A stretch of DNA of 64,000 nucleotides from Chloroflexota bacterium (lineage in GTDB: Bacteria > Chloroflexota > Dehalococcoidia > Dehalococcoidales > UBA5760), in the NCBI GenBank assembly GCA_015222205.1, contig JADFUW010000001.1, forward strand, positions 44 to 64,043, written 5' to 3'. The notes below the pieces were generated by a model. It saw only the letters and a program-made list of their open reading frames with translations. It searched no databases and was not told where the DNA came from. How positions within the stretch are numbered: position 1 is the stretch's first letter; every line of letters starts with the position of its first letter. This document shows positions 30,143-40,617 of this stretch, piece after piece. Position numbers and translations under genes: made by a program.

Positions 30143-31090
30143 TTACGATTTGATTTCTTTTTTAATGCTGGTTAGCTCTGATTTGAGGGCACCGATGAGG
30201 TCGGCTTTAATCGCCTGCTTGGCTTGATGTATCGTTGCTGCTACGTGAGGGGCCTGGCTAGCCCCATGTAGCTTTCGGACAATGCCATTAACCCCTAAAA
30301 TAAGACCACCGCCCTGATTATACCCATGCGCCTCGGGGAGGTCATGAAACAAACCGATTGATTCCACGAACTTAAACAGTATGTTACCAACGAAAGCGTC
30401 ACAGACAAGGACATTGGCTCGTCCGCTCATCATTTGGTTGCCTTCTATATTGCCAATAAAATTCAAACCACATCCCTGAAGGAGATGATAGGTCTCCCGT
30501 GTTAGCTGATTACCCTTACCTTCTTCAGCGCCAATGTTTAATAGACCCACGGTGGGGTTACTGATATTAAGCAGCTTTTTGCAACAGACAGAACCTATAA
30601 CAGCAAAGGTCAGCAGGTGGTATGGCTTGCAATCCATGTTAACCCCACAGTCAAACACTACCGTATTGGGAGCCGTATCAAAGATGGCCCCACCGATTAC
30701 CGGACGCTCTACCCCGGCTAGCATTCCCAGGTACTGGATAGCACTGGTAACTACGGCCCCGGTAGGGCCGGCACTAATTAGACCATCCGCTTCCCCTTCT
30801 TTTACCATCCTAGCCGCTACGGCGATAGAGGAGTTTGGTTTGCGGCGTACCGCTAGAGCCGGATTTTTGCCTTCGGGGATAAAGTCATCAGCCCTGATAC
30901 AACGAATGGGTAGATGTGAGGCGTCATACTTGGCTAGTTCTGCCTCCACGATATCTAAGGGGCCAACTAAGGCAATGTCTACGCCGTTTCTTTCTGTAGC
31001 TAGTACCGCGCCCTTAACTATCTCGGTAGGGGCATGGTCACCACCCATAGCATCCACCGCTATCCTGACTCTCTGATTAGCTCTCGCCAT
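30143..31090 (-). CDS. plsX: Phosphate acyltransferase PlsX
   Basis: IAVDAMGGDHAP, SAGPTGA, LLNIGAEEGKGN, VCDAFVGN. Confidence 0.92.
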   Translation of the reverse strand: MARANQRVRIAVDAMGGDHAPTEIVKGAVLATERNGVDIALVGPLDIVEAELAKYDASHLPIRCIRADDFIPEGKNPALAVRRKPNSSIAVAARMVKEGEADGLISAGPTGAVVTSAIQYLGMLAGVERPVIGGAIFDTAPNTVVFDCGVNMDCKPYHLLTFAVIGSVCCKKLLNISNPTVGLLNIGAEEGKGNQLTRETYHLLQGCGLNFIGNIEGNQMMSGRANVLVCDAFVGNILFKFVESIGLFHDLPEAHGYNQGGGLILGVNGIVRKLHGASQAPHVAATIHQAKQAIKADLIGALKSELTSIKKEIKS

Positions 31091-31129
31091 AGGATACCTC
31101 CTTAGCTACTTGTAAGCGACTAATTTATC

Positions 31130-32002
31130 TCAGTCTTCGTGCCACCAGCTGAAGATACGAGTACCTAACCCGGTATGAGTTGTCACTAGCGGTCCTATAT
31201 TACTGATAAAGACCTCTTCACACTGAAACTCAGCTAGTGCTTTTTCTTTCAGTTCCTCGGCTTCTGCCAGTGCGTCAGCGTGGTTTATAGCAATATGCAG
31301 CTTCTTACCCCCACTTCTCTGCTTCACGATATCAAACAGTGTTGTAAGTGTCTGGCCTTTGGTCTTACACCTGGCTAGGGGAGTGTGTTCTCCACCAGTC
31401 GCAGCATCCGCCTCTAGAAGTACCGTGTTAGTAATTTTAGTACTTGCCCAGGGGCGGGCTTTATGTATCCTGCCTCCCTTGGCTAAGTAGTAGAGGTCAT
31501 CCAATATGACAACAAAGGTAACCCTTTTTATCAAATCATTTGCTATCGCAACCACTTCGGAGAGACTACTGCCGGCGGCGGCAGCTCTGGCCGCCTCTAT
31601 AGCGACAAGCATCTGGGCACCACAGGCAGTCTGGGAATCGATCACCTCTATGGCAGTTTGAGGCAGCTCATCTTGTACTAGCGCCTTAGCTTGCGATGCT
31701 GCGCTTATTGCCATGCCAAGCTTGGGGCTGTAACCAATGTAAACGATGGCTTGAGCCTGCCGGCTTAGTTTGCGGTAGGCTTGTAGGAAGTCATCCGTAG
31801 AGGGCGACGAAGTTGTAGGTAGCTTGTCCTCTTTTTTCCATTCAGGCAGTTGCTCATAGAACCGAGCTAAGTCTATCTCATTCTCACGATGTGATTTGCC
31901 GTTTATGATAACATGTGTTGATACCAGCGTGACATCATGTTCGTTAGCAACTTGCTTCGACATATAGCTTACGGTATCGGTCATAATAGCTACTTTTTTC
32001 AC
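31130..32002 (-). CDS. DegV/FakB-family protein
   Basis: VAIMTDT, PTTSSPS, IEVIDS, YLAKGGRI, IGP...HTG; GTG start at 32002. Confidence 0.9.
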   Translation of the reverse strand: MKKVAIMTDTVSYMSKQVANEHDVTLVSTHVIINGKSHRENEIDLARFYEQLPEWKKEDKLPTTSSPSTDDFLQAYRKLSRQAQAIVYIGYSPKLGMAISAASQAKALVQDELPQTAIEVIDSQTACGAQMLVAIEAARAAAAGSSLSEVVAIANDLIKRVTFVVILDDLYYLAKGGRIHKARPWASTKITNTVLLEADAATGGEHTPLARCKTKGQTLTTLFDIVKQRSGGKKLHIAINHADALAEAEELKEKALAEFQCEEVFISNIGPLVTTHTGLGTRIFSWWHED

Positions 32003-32066
32003 TTTTGACTTCCTCTCATACTTTCTACTAACCGGTGTTCCTGTTTTTACCATTTTGGCATAGTGG

Positions 32067-32417
32067 CTATATCCGGCGCGCTGCTGGCTTGACTCGTTGT
32101 GCCTCGCCCAGCACATTAGTGATAAAATCCAGGGGTACTTTACATATCTTCGCTGTCTTTATCACCGCTTCATGAAGAAGACTGTTTAGGTGCCAGGTAT
32201 TCTTACAATTGGCCAGGAGAGTAGCAAAAGCACTTTGTAGTTCACTAATGGAGGCATCTTCCTCATGTAGTTCCAGGCATCGCTCGCAGTCAGCGGCAAC
32301 ACTAATAAGGTCTCGTAGACTGTCTTGAAGCAGTGCTCCCTGCCGGACAAAAAACCTCTTGCTACGGTCAAGCTGCTCTTTTTTAACCTTAAAGCTATAG
32401 ACGGTTAGGTCACCCAT
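32067..32417 (-). CDS. Hypothetical protein, possibly RHH-like regulator
   Basis: 116-aa ORF with AGGAGG RBS heading the degV-plsX-degV unit. Confidence 0.55.
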   Translation of the reverse strand: MGDLTVYSFKVKKEQLDRSKRFFVRQGALLQDSLRDLISVAADCERCLELHEEDASISELQSAFATLLANCKNTWHLNSLLHEAVIKTAKICKVPLDFITNVLGEAQRVKPAARRI

Positions 32418-32641
32418 AATATTCCTCCTTCTTCAAATTAAGCCTACTAATAATATCGACTGAGTTTACTGAAATTATTACCAGAAGTATACTCTTCTGT
32501 CAAGGCTTGGGCGGGGTTTTGGCAATATTGCTATTATGAGCTTCGTCTGACATGACGGCTAGGGGAAATTGACCGGTAGGTAGAAAATTGTTTATAATTT
32601 AATATACAGGGTAGTTATTTGGGCTGAATTGAGAGGCAAAG

Positions 32642-34057
32642 TTGCACGAGTCTTGTGGCGTTTTTGGTGTTTATGCCCCTAATGAGGATGTAGCTCGTCT
32701 TACCTTCTTTGCTTTATTTGCTCTCCAGCATCGTGGCCAGGAGAGTGCCGGAATTGCCACTAGTGATGGCAAGGGGCTCCAGGTTTGTGCCAAGATGGGG
32801 CTGGTGTCCCAGGTGTTCAGCGAGGATTCGTTAACTAGGCTCACCGGGGATATTGCCATTGGTCATAATCGCTATTCTACTAGGGGTTCTAGCCGGGTAG
32901 GTAATGTTCAGCCCATCATCGTTGGCGAAGGCTCAAATACTCTTGCCTTAGCCCATAATGGGAATATAATCAATGTTGAGTACCTGTATAAGGAGCTCTG
33001 TGGCCAGGGCTATACCTTCCGCTCGTCTACTGATAGTGAGGTTATTGCTAATCTTATTCTATCTTCCCCAGAAAAAGATTGGGTTGGTAGAATAAGGTAT
33101 GCTATGAACCGACTTCAGGGGGTGTACTCTCTTACCATTATGACCCATGATACCCTGTTTGGAGTTCGTGACCCCCTTGGCGTGCGCCCTCTGTGTCTGG
33201 GGGATGTTAATGGTGGCTGGGTCATAGCCTCTGAAAGTTGTGCCCTTGGCCATATCGGGGCCAGCTTTGTTAGGGAGATTAAGCCGGGTGAGATAGTTTC
33301 TATTAGTCAGAACGGCATTGATAGCTACTGCGTGGATGTGGGCAGAAGGGCGCTCTGTATTTTTGAGTATATCTACTTTGCCCGCCCGGATAGCGTGATT
33401 AACGGTCGGTTGCTTTACCAGGCGCGGCAGGCTATGGGGGCAGGTTTAGCTGAAGAGTATCCGGTAGATGCTGACCTTGTTATGGGCGTCCCTGACTCAG
33501 CTACCGCAGCTGGCGTTGGCTATGCCTTAAGGTCAGGCATACCCTTGGGTGAGGGGTTAATTAAGAACCGCTATGTAGGGCGCACCTTTATTGAGCCTCA
33601 TCAGCGAATCAGGGACCTTGGTGTTAAGCTGAAGTTCAATCCTTTACCTGAGATATTATCGGGTAAGCGGCTGGTGGTAGTTGATGATAGTATTGTCCGT
33701 GGCACCACTACCCCTAAGGTAGTAGGCTTATTGAAACGGGCGGGGGCTAAAGAGGTGCATCTGCGTATCTGTGCTCCGCCCCTCCGTTACCCCTGTTTCT
33801 TCGGTGTGGATATGGCTACCCGCCGGGAGCTAATTGCTGCTCGTAAGACTGTGTCTGAGATTAGGGATTTTATCGGGGCTGATTCATTAGGCTACCTGAG
33901 TGTTGAGGGATTGATTAAAGCTGTCGCCTTGCCTAAAGATATCTTTTGTCTGGCCTGTTTTACTGGTGACTATCCCATACCGGTTCAGCTTGAGATGGAT
34001 AAGCTGGCGCTGGAGGCTATGGCTGCTACTCAGAAAGCCTCCTCTGATGTAAAGTAG
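32642..34057 (+). CDS. purF: Amidophosphoribosyltransferase
   Basis: ESCGVFG, LQHRGQESAG, VDDSIVRGTT. Confidence 0.98.
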   Translation: MHESCGVFGVYAPNEDVARLTFFALFALQHRGQESAGIATSDGKGLQVCAKMGLVSQVFSEDSLTRLTGDIAIGHNRYSTRGSSRVGNVQPIIVGEGSNTLALAHNGNIINVEYLYKELCGQGYTFRSSTDSEVIANLILSSPEKDWVGRIRYAMNRLQGVYSLTIMTHDTLFGVRDPLGVRPLCLGDVNGGWVIASESCALGHIGASFVREIKPGEIVSISQNGIDSYCVDVGRRALCIFEYIYFARPDSVINGRLLYQARQAMGAGLAEEYPVDADLVMGVPDSATAAGVGYALRSGIPLGEGLIKNRYVGRTFIEPHQRIRDLGVKLKFNPLPEILSGKRLVVVDDSIVRGTTTPKVVGLLKRAGAKEVHLRICAPPLRYPCFFGVDMATRRELIAARKTVSEIRDFIGADSLGYLSVEGLIKAVALPKDIFCLACFTGDYPIPVQLEMDKLALEAMAATQKASSDVK

Positions 34058-34179
34058 CCGTGAATAATGACGCTTAGTCATCTACAGTTTTAGTCTGTTT
34101 ATCGGGGTAAATTTGTTGTGGTGAGACTTAATATTTAGTAGTCTGGGAGGTGGGAGTTTTTACCGCCAAGGTGGGACAA

Positions 34180-35187
34180 ATGAGTGAAACCTACACTAAA
34201 GCCGGCGTTAATATTGATACTGCCGCTAAGGCTAAAGAGCTGATAGGTAAGTATGCCCAATCTACCCTCCGCCCCGAGGTTTTAAGCGGCATCGGGTTTT
34301 TCGGTGGGCTTTTTGAGTTTAAGGGCTATCGGCAGCCAGTGCTGGTCTCCAGCGTTGATGGTGTTGGTACCAAGCTGAAGATTGCCTCGGCTCTGGGCAG
34401 GCACGAGACTGTTGGTATAGACATCGTTAACCACTGCGTTAATGACATACTTACCGGTGGTGCTGAGCCGCTCTTTTTTTTGGATTATATCGCTATGGGC
34501 AGGCTGGTGCCGGAACAGGTGGGGGCTATTGCTCAGGGACTGGCTCAGGCTTGCCGTGAGGCTGGCTGTGCCCTTATTGGTGGTGAAACGGCCGAGATGC
34601 CCGGGCTATATGCTGGGGGGGATTATGACCTGGCGGGTTTTATCGTCGGGGTGGTGGAGAAGGAGAAGATTATTCAGGGTAGAACGATTGTGGCTGGTGA
34701 TAGTATTATTGGCTTACCCTCCAGTGGGCTTCATACCAACGGTTATTCTTTAGCACGCAAGATTTTTGGTGAAACCAGAGAGGTGCTGGATAAGTATTAC
34801 CCTGAATTGGGCAGGACTCTGGGCGAGGAGCTTCTGGAGCCTCACCGCTGTTATTATCGCGAGCTTAAGCCACTTTTGCCCCTGATTAAGGGGATGGCAC
34901 ATATTACTGGTGGCGGCTTGATTGGTAATGTGCCCCGGGTTTTGCCTCAGGGCATAACGGCGCGATTTCATAGTCGGGCGTGGACTGTGCCGCCCATTTT
35001 CCGGCTAATTCAGCAGCGGGGTAGTGTAGCTCAAAATGAGATGTATAGGGTGTTCAACATGGGTATCGGCATGGTGGTTATCTGCTCGCCAGATAACGTA
35101 GCCCAGCTTACTGGAGCTTTGCCTGAGGCTAAAATTATTGGTGAGGTGGTGAAGCAAGTGGGGGGGAAGAGGGTAGTTATCAGATAG
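34180..35187 (+). CDS. purM: AIR synthetase
   Basis: DGVGTKL, GGETAEMPG, SSGLHTNGYSL, FNMGIG. Confidence 0.98.
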   Translation: MSETYTKAGVNIDTAAKAKELIGKYAQSTLRPEVLSGIGFFGGLFEFKGYRQPVLVSSVDGVGTKLKIASALGRHETVGIDIVNHCVNDILTGGAEPLFFLDYIAMGRLVPEQVGAIAQGLAQACREAGCALIGGETAEMPGLYAGGDYDLAGFIVGVVEKEKIIQGRTIVAGDSIIGLPSSGLHTNGYSLARKIFGETREVLDKYYPELGRTLGEELLEPHRCYYRELKPLLPLIKGMAHITGGGLIGNVPRVLPQGITARFHSRAWTVPPIFRLIQQRGSVAQNEMYRVFNMGIGMVVICSPDNVAQLTGALPEAKIIGEVVKQVGGKRVVIR

Positions 35188-35209
35188 GTAGCATAGCTGG
35201 AGGCACGAC

Positions 35210-35467
35210 ATGCTAAAAAAGAAGGTTATAGTCCATCTTGATTCTGGAGCAACAAGAGAGCATGAAATACATACCAAAGACGAGGCTGCTTATGAGGAAA
35301 AGGTGGTCGATTGCGCTAAAGCGTTAATGAAAAACAGGGGCGTTTTGCAATTTGGCACACCTTTTTGCCTCTATAAGATTCTGAATGTAGCTGCACTTGA
35401 GTTTACAGACCCACCACAGCCAAGCGAGAAGTTACCCTTTGGGTTTAGAAGTAAGCAAGAAGATTAA
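35210..35467 (+). CDS. Hypothetical protein (accessory)
   Basis: 85-aa ORF with GGAGG RBS, followed directly by a REP-like repeat. Confidence 0.55.
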   Translation: MLKKKVIVHLDSGATREHEIHTKDEAAYEEKVVDCAKALMKNRGVLQFGTPFCLYKILNVAALEFTDPPQPSEKLPFGFRSKQED

Positions 35468-35555
35468 GGGAGAGTTAAAGAGAGGCAAAGCCTCTCTTGT
35501 ATAACCAATTCCCCCTCTCCTTGGAAGGAGAGGGGGACACAGGGGGTGAGGTTGA
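35467..35555. repeat. REP-like double-hairpin repeat
   Basis: agagaggcaaagcctctct...ccccctctccttggaaggagagggggacacagggggtgagg. Confidence 0.8.
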
Positions 35556-35585
35556 AACTAAATAATAAAGTAATTGGAGGTATTT

Positions 35586-37130
35586 ATGCGAGCAATTGTA
35601 AGTGTATCTGACAAGGCGGGGGTAACCGATTTTGCTAAAGGTTTAAGCCAGTTGGGATTTGAATTATTCTCTACCGGCGGCACCAAAAAGGCGCTGGTAG
35701 AAGCTCAGGTGCCAGCTAAAAGTGTCTCCGAAATCACTGGGTTTCCTGAGATTCTTAACGGCCGGGTGAAGACCCTGCACCCGATGGTTCATGGTGGCAT
35801 CCTGGCCCGGCGCGACCTCCCATCTCATATGGAGGAACTGGCTAAGAATAATATGGAGACTATTGATTTGGTGGCGGTTAATCTCTATCCCTTTGTCCAG
35901 ACGGTGGCTAAGGAAGGGGTTGCCCTTGAGGAGGCACTGGAAAATATTGATATTGGTGGGCCGACCATGATTCGGGCGGCAGCCAAGAATTTCCCCAGTG
36001 TCATCGTAGTGGTAGACCCGGCTGATTATACCCTGGTTCTGGAGAAATTGAAGCAGGGGGGTATAGACCTGACGGAGCGTAAAAGGCTGGCGCAGAAGGC
36101 TTTCCAGCATGTGGCTATCTATGATACGGCTATTTCGCAGTATCTGAGACAGGATACGGAGGGCTTACCTGAGGAGATGACCGTAGCCTTAAAGAGGCGC
36201 TACGGACTTCGCTACGGTGAGAATCCCCACCAGCAGGCTGGCTTCTATGCTGAGCTATCGGTGGGTGGCAAAAAGCCAACCGGTATCACCTGGGCGGAGC
36301 AGTTATGGGGTAAAGAGCTGTCATTTAATAATATTCTGGATGCTGATGCTGCCTGGGGGGTGGTAACCGATTTTGCCGCGCCAACGGTAGCTGTTATCAA
36401 GCATACTAATCCCTGTGGCCTCGCCAGTTATGACGACATCACTGAGGCTTACCGGCGGGCTTTTAGCGGTGATGCGGTGGCTGCCTTTGGCGGTATTGTG
36501 GCGTCAAATCGGGCGGTTACCCTAGCTATGGCTGAGGCAATGAAGCCTGTTTTTTATGAGATAGTTATTGCCCCGGAGTATCAGCCAGAGGCGCTTGAGC
36601 TACTGAAGAAAAAGAAGAATTTGCGTATTCTGGTTGCTGAGCTACCACCGGGCTATGGCAAGGCTGAGCCAGCCTACCTTGATTTCCGTCGGGTAAAGGG
36701 AGGATTTTTGGTTCAGACCTCAGACTCACTACCTGAGGGTAGCGTTACTCTTAAAACGGTGACCAAGCGTAAGCCTACCCAAGCTGAGGTAGATGACCTG
36801 CTCTTTGCCTGGCGTGCGGTTAAGCATGTGAAGTCTAACGCTATTTTACTGGTGAGGAATAAGACACTTTTAGGTATGGGGGCGGGGCAGCCCAGCCGCA
36901 TTGTCAGTGCTCAGATAGCTAAAGAAAAGGCGGGGGACAAGACTGGGGGCAGCGTTCTGGCTTCGGATGCTATGTTTCCCTTCCCTGATGTGGTGGAGGC
37001 AGCGGCGGTAACTGGGGTAACGGCTATTATCCAGCCCGGCGGCTCAATAAGGGATGAGGAGTCAATTAAGGCGTCGGATAGGTATAATATCGCCATGGTT
37101 TTTACCGGCGTGAGGCATTTTAGGCATTAA
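35586..37130 (+). CDS. purH: Bifunctional AICAR transformylase/IMP cyclohydrolase
   Basis: SVSDK, GRVKTLHP, IDIGGPTM, LRYGENPHQ, RHFRH. Confidence 0.98.
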   Translation: MRAIVSVSDKAGVTDFAKGLSQLGFELFSTGGTKKALVEAQVPAKSVSEITGFPEILNGRVKTLHPMVHGGILARRDLPSHMEELAKNNMETIDLVAVNLYPFVQTVAKEGVALEEALENIDIGGPTMIRAAAKNFPSVIVVVDPADYTLVLEKLKQGGIDLTERKRLAQKAFQHVAIYDTAISQYLRQDTEGLPEEMTVALKRRYGLRYGENPHQQAGFYAELSVGGKKPTGITWAEQLWGKELSFNNILDADAAWGVVTDFAAPTVAVIKHTNPCGLASYDDITEAYRRAFSGDAVAAFGGIVASNRAVTLAMAEAMKPVFYEIVIAPEYQPEALELLKKKKNLRILVAELPPGYGKAEPAYLDFRRVKGGFLVQTSDSLPEGSVTLKTVTKRKPTQAEVDDLLFAWRAVKHVKSNAILLVRNKTLLGMGAGQPSRIVSAQIAKEKAGDKTGGSVLASDAMFPFPDVVEAAAVTGVTAIIQPGGSIRDEESIKASDRYNIAMVFTGVRHFRH

Positions 37131-37152
37131 GCGATAGTAGATTGAGACTATA

Positions 37153-38241
37153 ATGGCAACTAACTTAGGCATTACTAATCTTGAAGAATTAGTGGATTCC
37201 TTGCCTGCTGGGGAAAAGGCACTTTTTCGGCGGCTATATGCGGTTACTACGACGGTGGGTGAGTTAAGTATTCCACAGAGCATGGAGCCCTGGATTAGCC
37301 AGCAGTTTGGCTCGTTAGACGCCGTTACCAGACAGAAGATTGTCAGGATAACCAATGTGATAACCTTTGAAGAAGCCTTATTTAACAGGCTACGGAGTTC
37401 CCGCCCTACTAAGTGTAGAGAAGAGAATAGCCCGGATGTTCAGCTGGCTGCGGTTAGTAAAGACGATTTGTTTAGTAAGCCAAAGGATAATACCCCTGAA
37501 GACCTTTTTGGCCGGGTAGTCGGTAAGCACTGCGTCACGGCGAGCAATGTTGCCAAGTATGATGGGCTACATGGCATGATTATCTTTAATGAGTTTCATC
37601 CTCTTCATTTTTCCCGGGAGCAGATTGCTGACTATATTGATGTTGGCTGGGAATGGGCAAAACGGGCACAGTTGGCAGAGCCACAGGCTAAGTATTTTTT
37701 CTCCATCTGGAATTGCCTGTGGCGGGCTGGTGCCTCTATATGTCACGGGCATGCTCAGGTGATGCTGACCAGGGATAGGCATTATGCTAAGATTGAGGGC
37801 TTACGGAAGGCTTCTTTGCGTTATAGGGAAGATTATGGCTCAAACTACTTTGCTGACCTGTTTCAGGCTCACCACTCTATAGGCTGTGCTGTGGGGAAGG
37901 GAGGGGTTAAAATACTTGCCCATCTGACTCCATTTAAGGATAATGAGGTTATTATCCTGGCGGAGGAACTAAACCTTCCCCTTAAAAATATAATATACGA
38001 GGTGCTGGCCTGTTTTAGGGATAAGCTTGGTGTATCATCTTTTAATCTTGGCTTGGTTACCCCGCCGCTGGCTGATACTGAGGAGAGCTGGGAAGGCTTC
38101 CCCGTAATAATTCGGCTTGTAGACCGGGGTGACACCGGTAGTCGGGTTTCCGATATAGGTGGCATGGAAATCTATGCCTCTAGCGTTGTCTCCAGCGACC
38201 CATTTGAGTTAGCCCGGCAATTAGAGGAGTGCCTGACTTAG
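37153..38241 (+). CDS. GalT-like HIT-superfamily protein
   Basis: WN...AGASICHGHAQ resembles the GalT HxHxQ motif. Confidence 0.6.
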   Translation: MATNLGITNLEELVDSLPAGEKALFRRLYAVTTTVGELSIPQSMEPWISQQFGSLDAVTRQKIVRITNVITFEEALFNRLRSSRPTKCREENSPDVQLAAVSKDDLFSKPKDNTPEDLFGRVVGKHCVTASNVAKYDGLHGMIIFNEFHPLHFSREQIADYIDVGWEWAKRAQLAEPQAKYFFSIWNCLWRAGASICHGHAQVMLTRDRHYAKIEGLRKASLRYREDYGSNYFADLFQAHHSIGCAVGKGGVKILAHLTPFKDNEVIILAEELNLPLKNIIYEVLACFRDKLGVSSFNLGLVTPPLADTEESWEGFPVIIRLVDRGDTGSRVSDIGGMEIYASSVVSSDPFELARQLEECLT

Positions 38242-38292
38242 GAGGTTTTCAAACCGACTTCAAGGGTGTCTGGTTTGGGAGGTAATACGGCT

Positions 38293-39822
38293 ATGGCTGA
38301 TGTAGTTTTAGTTATAGATATGACCAGAGGTTTTTTTGAGAAGGGTTATCCTCTCTATTGTGGTGATAAAGCCCGCCGGATAATCCCGAATGTGCAGCGT
38401 CTTCTGGAGCAGGAGCTTACCAGGGGTTCCAAGATATTGTTTCTTAATGACCACCATGACCCCGATGACTCGGAGTTTAGGATGTTTCCGCCCCATTGTA
38501 TAGCTGGTACCCCTGAAACCGAGGTTATTCCTGAACTAGCTGAGTATCCTGGAGAGATAATACCCAAAAAGCGTTTCAGCGCTTTTTATGGCACCAGCCT
38601 TGGAGAGAGATTGCTCCAGCTTAAGGCGGCTAAGATAATAATTACCGGTGTTTGCACTGATATTTGTGTATATCATACTGCCGGCGATGCCAGGGACCGC
38701 GGCTATGAAGTAGAGATACCAGTTGACTGCGTGGCTACCTTTGATGATGAGGCACACTACTTTGCCCTGGGGCATATGGAGAAGGTTCTGGGGGTAAAGC
38801 TAACTAATGTTAAAGCTAGCCAGGTTAAGTCGGCTAAATTTGAACCCACTGAGGCTGTTCTTTCCGGGGAGACGGCTGATATTTACTTTGCCCGCACTAT
38901 AGATGTATTGCGTTGTGAGCAGCTTAACCCGGTAGCGACTATGGAAGTGTTCTCCAGTCGGGCTGGGATGCTCTGTGGCATAGAAGAGGTCAAGGCTCTG
39001 CTCTCCCGTGTTCTACCTGAGGGTAATCGTGAGGTATGGGCTCTGGCTGAGGGCGAGACCATGGGTAAGAAAGAAGTGGTGTTACGCATAACCGCTCCCT
39101 ACCAGAGCTATGGTCTTTATGAAACGGCTATTTGTGGTATTTTAGCCGACTGTAGTGGTTGGGCGACGGCGGCTAGGGAGTGTGCTGAGGTGGCTCGGGG
39201 AATACCCATTACCAGCTTTGGTGCCCGTCATGTTCACCCTTCTGTAGCCGGAGTGATGGAATATGCAGCTATAGTCGGCGGTTGTGCTGGCTGCTCCAGT
39301 ATCGCCGGTGCCAGGCTGGCTGGCATTGAGCCCACCGGGACGATGCCTCACGCCCTGATTATAGTTATGGGGGACACGGTTAGAGCAACGCTAGCTTTTG
39401 ATAAGCATATGCCGCCTGAGGTGCCCCGGGTATCCCTGGTTGATACCTTTAGGGATGAAGCTGAGGAAAGCCTGCTGGTGGCTCAGGCACTGGGGGAGAG
39501 GCTTAGGAGTGTGCGCCTTGATACCCCCAGTGAGCGGGGTCGGGTTACCCTGGACCTAGTTAAAGAGGTAAGAGCCAGGCTGGATTTAGCCGGCTTTGAG
39601 CATGTCGGCATTTTTGTGAGTGGTGGTCTTGACCCGGAGCGCATTACCTACTTTCTTGAGAGTGGTGCCCCGGTTGATGGCTTTGGCGTCGGTAGCTATA
39701 TTAGTGGGGCTAAACCGATTGATTTTACTGCTGACCTGCATGAGATTGAGGGTAAGCCAATAGCCAAAAGGGGCCGAATCCCCGGCATTACCCCTAATCC
39801 CAAACTCAAGCGAGTGATGTAA
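38293..39822 (+). CDS. Nicotinamidase-nicotinate phosphoribosyltransferase fusion (PncA-PncB)
   Basis: N-terminal VID..D.H..PPHC..K.RFSAF..GVCTDICV; C-terminal DIYF, FGARH, GTMPH, LVDTF, VRLDT, SGGL. Confidence 0.88.
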   Translation: MADVVLVIDMTRGFFEKGYPLYCGDKARRIIPNVQRLLEQELTRGSKILFLNDHHDPDDSEFRMFPPHCIAGTPETEVIPELAEYPGEIIPKKRFSAFYGTSLGERLLQLKAAKIIITGVCTDICVYHTAGDARDRGYEVEIPVDCVATFDDEAHYFALGHMEKVLGVKLTNVKASQVKSAKFEPTEAVLSGETADIYFARTIDVLRCEQLNPVATMEVFSSRAGMLCGIEEVKALLSRVLPEGNREVWALAEGETMGKKEVVLRITAPYQSYGLYETAICGILADCSGWATAARECAEVARGIPITSFGARHVHPSVAGVMEYAAIVGGCAGCSSIAGARLAGIEPTGTMPHALIIVMGDTVRATLAFDKHMPPEVPRVSLVDTFRDEAEESLLVAQALGERLRSVRLDTPSERGRVTLDLVKEVRARLDLAGFEHVGIFVSGGLDPERITYFLESGAPVDGFGVGSYISGAKPIDFTADLHEIEGKPIAKRGRIPGITPNPKLKRVM

Positions 39823-39837
39823 GAGAAAGAGGCCAAT

Positions 39838-40611
39838 TTACATACTCTTAGCCGCCCACCTGACAGCATTCAAGAAGATCTGAAAGCCGTCCCCATACTT
39901 TTTAGCGCCCTCTCGTGTCCAGCGGGGGTGTTGGGTGCCCCGGATATGGCGCTCGGGGTGTGGCATTAGGGCAAAAATACGCCCGGAGGTATCACAAATG
40001 CCGGCAATGTTCTTTTCCGAACCACTGGGGTTATGGGGATAGCCGACGTTAGTATTTCCCTGCTCATCGGTGTAATACAGGGCAATACTTAAACCGGAAA
40101 AAGTGTCGGCGCTGGTGACAACCTTCCCCTCACCATTAGCCACCGGCAGGTACAGACGGTCAATCCCCTTAGTGAATAGGCAGGGGCTGTCCTCATTCAC
40201 CTTGAGATATACCCAGCGGCACTCAAATTTACCGGAATCATTAGCCGCTAAGGTTATCGTTTGTTCTTTGCCATTAGATAACCTGGGCAGAATCCCCGCC
40301 TTGACCAGCACCTGAAGACCGTTACAGATACCCAAGATTAGTCCACCACTGTCAATGAAGTTCCGGATATCCTCACCCAGCTTTAATCTAAGCTCGTTGG
40401 CAAGCACCTTGCCAGCACTGATATCATCGCCATAGGTAAAGCCGCCGGGAATAACCAGTATTTGATGGTTGGAGAGTTGCTCCTGGCGACGGATTAGCTG
40501 ATTAACATGAACCCGGGACACTATGGCTCCAGCCTGCTGGAAGGCGAAAGCAGTTTCAGCGTCGCAATTTGTCCCCGGGGCACGTATTATCAGCGTTCGT
40601 ACTTTAGCCAT
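39838..40611 (-). CDS. purQ: FGAM synthase glutaminase subunit
   Basis: PGTNCD, PGGFTYGD, GICNG.Q, MPHPER. Confidence 0.96.
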   Translation of the reverse strand: MAKVRTLIIRAPGTNCDAETAFAFQQAGAIVSRVHVNQLIRRQEQLSNHQILVIPGGFTYGDDISAGKVLANELRLKLGEDIRNFIDSGGLILGICNGLQVLVKAGILPRLSNGKEQTITLAANDSGKFECRWVYLKVNEDSPCLFTKGIDRLYLPVANGEGKVVTSADTFSGLSIALYYTDEQGNTNVGYPHNPSGSEKNIAGICDTSGRIFALMPHPERHIRGTQHPRWTREGAKKYGDGFQIFLNAVRWAAKSM

Positions 40612-40617
40612 TTAGTT

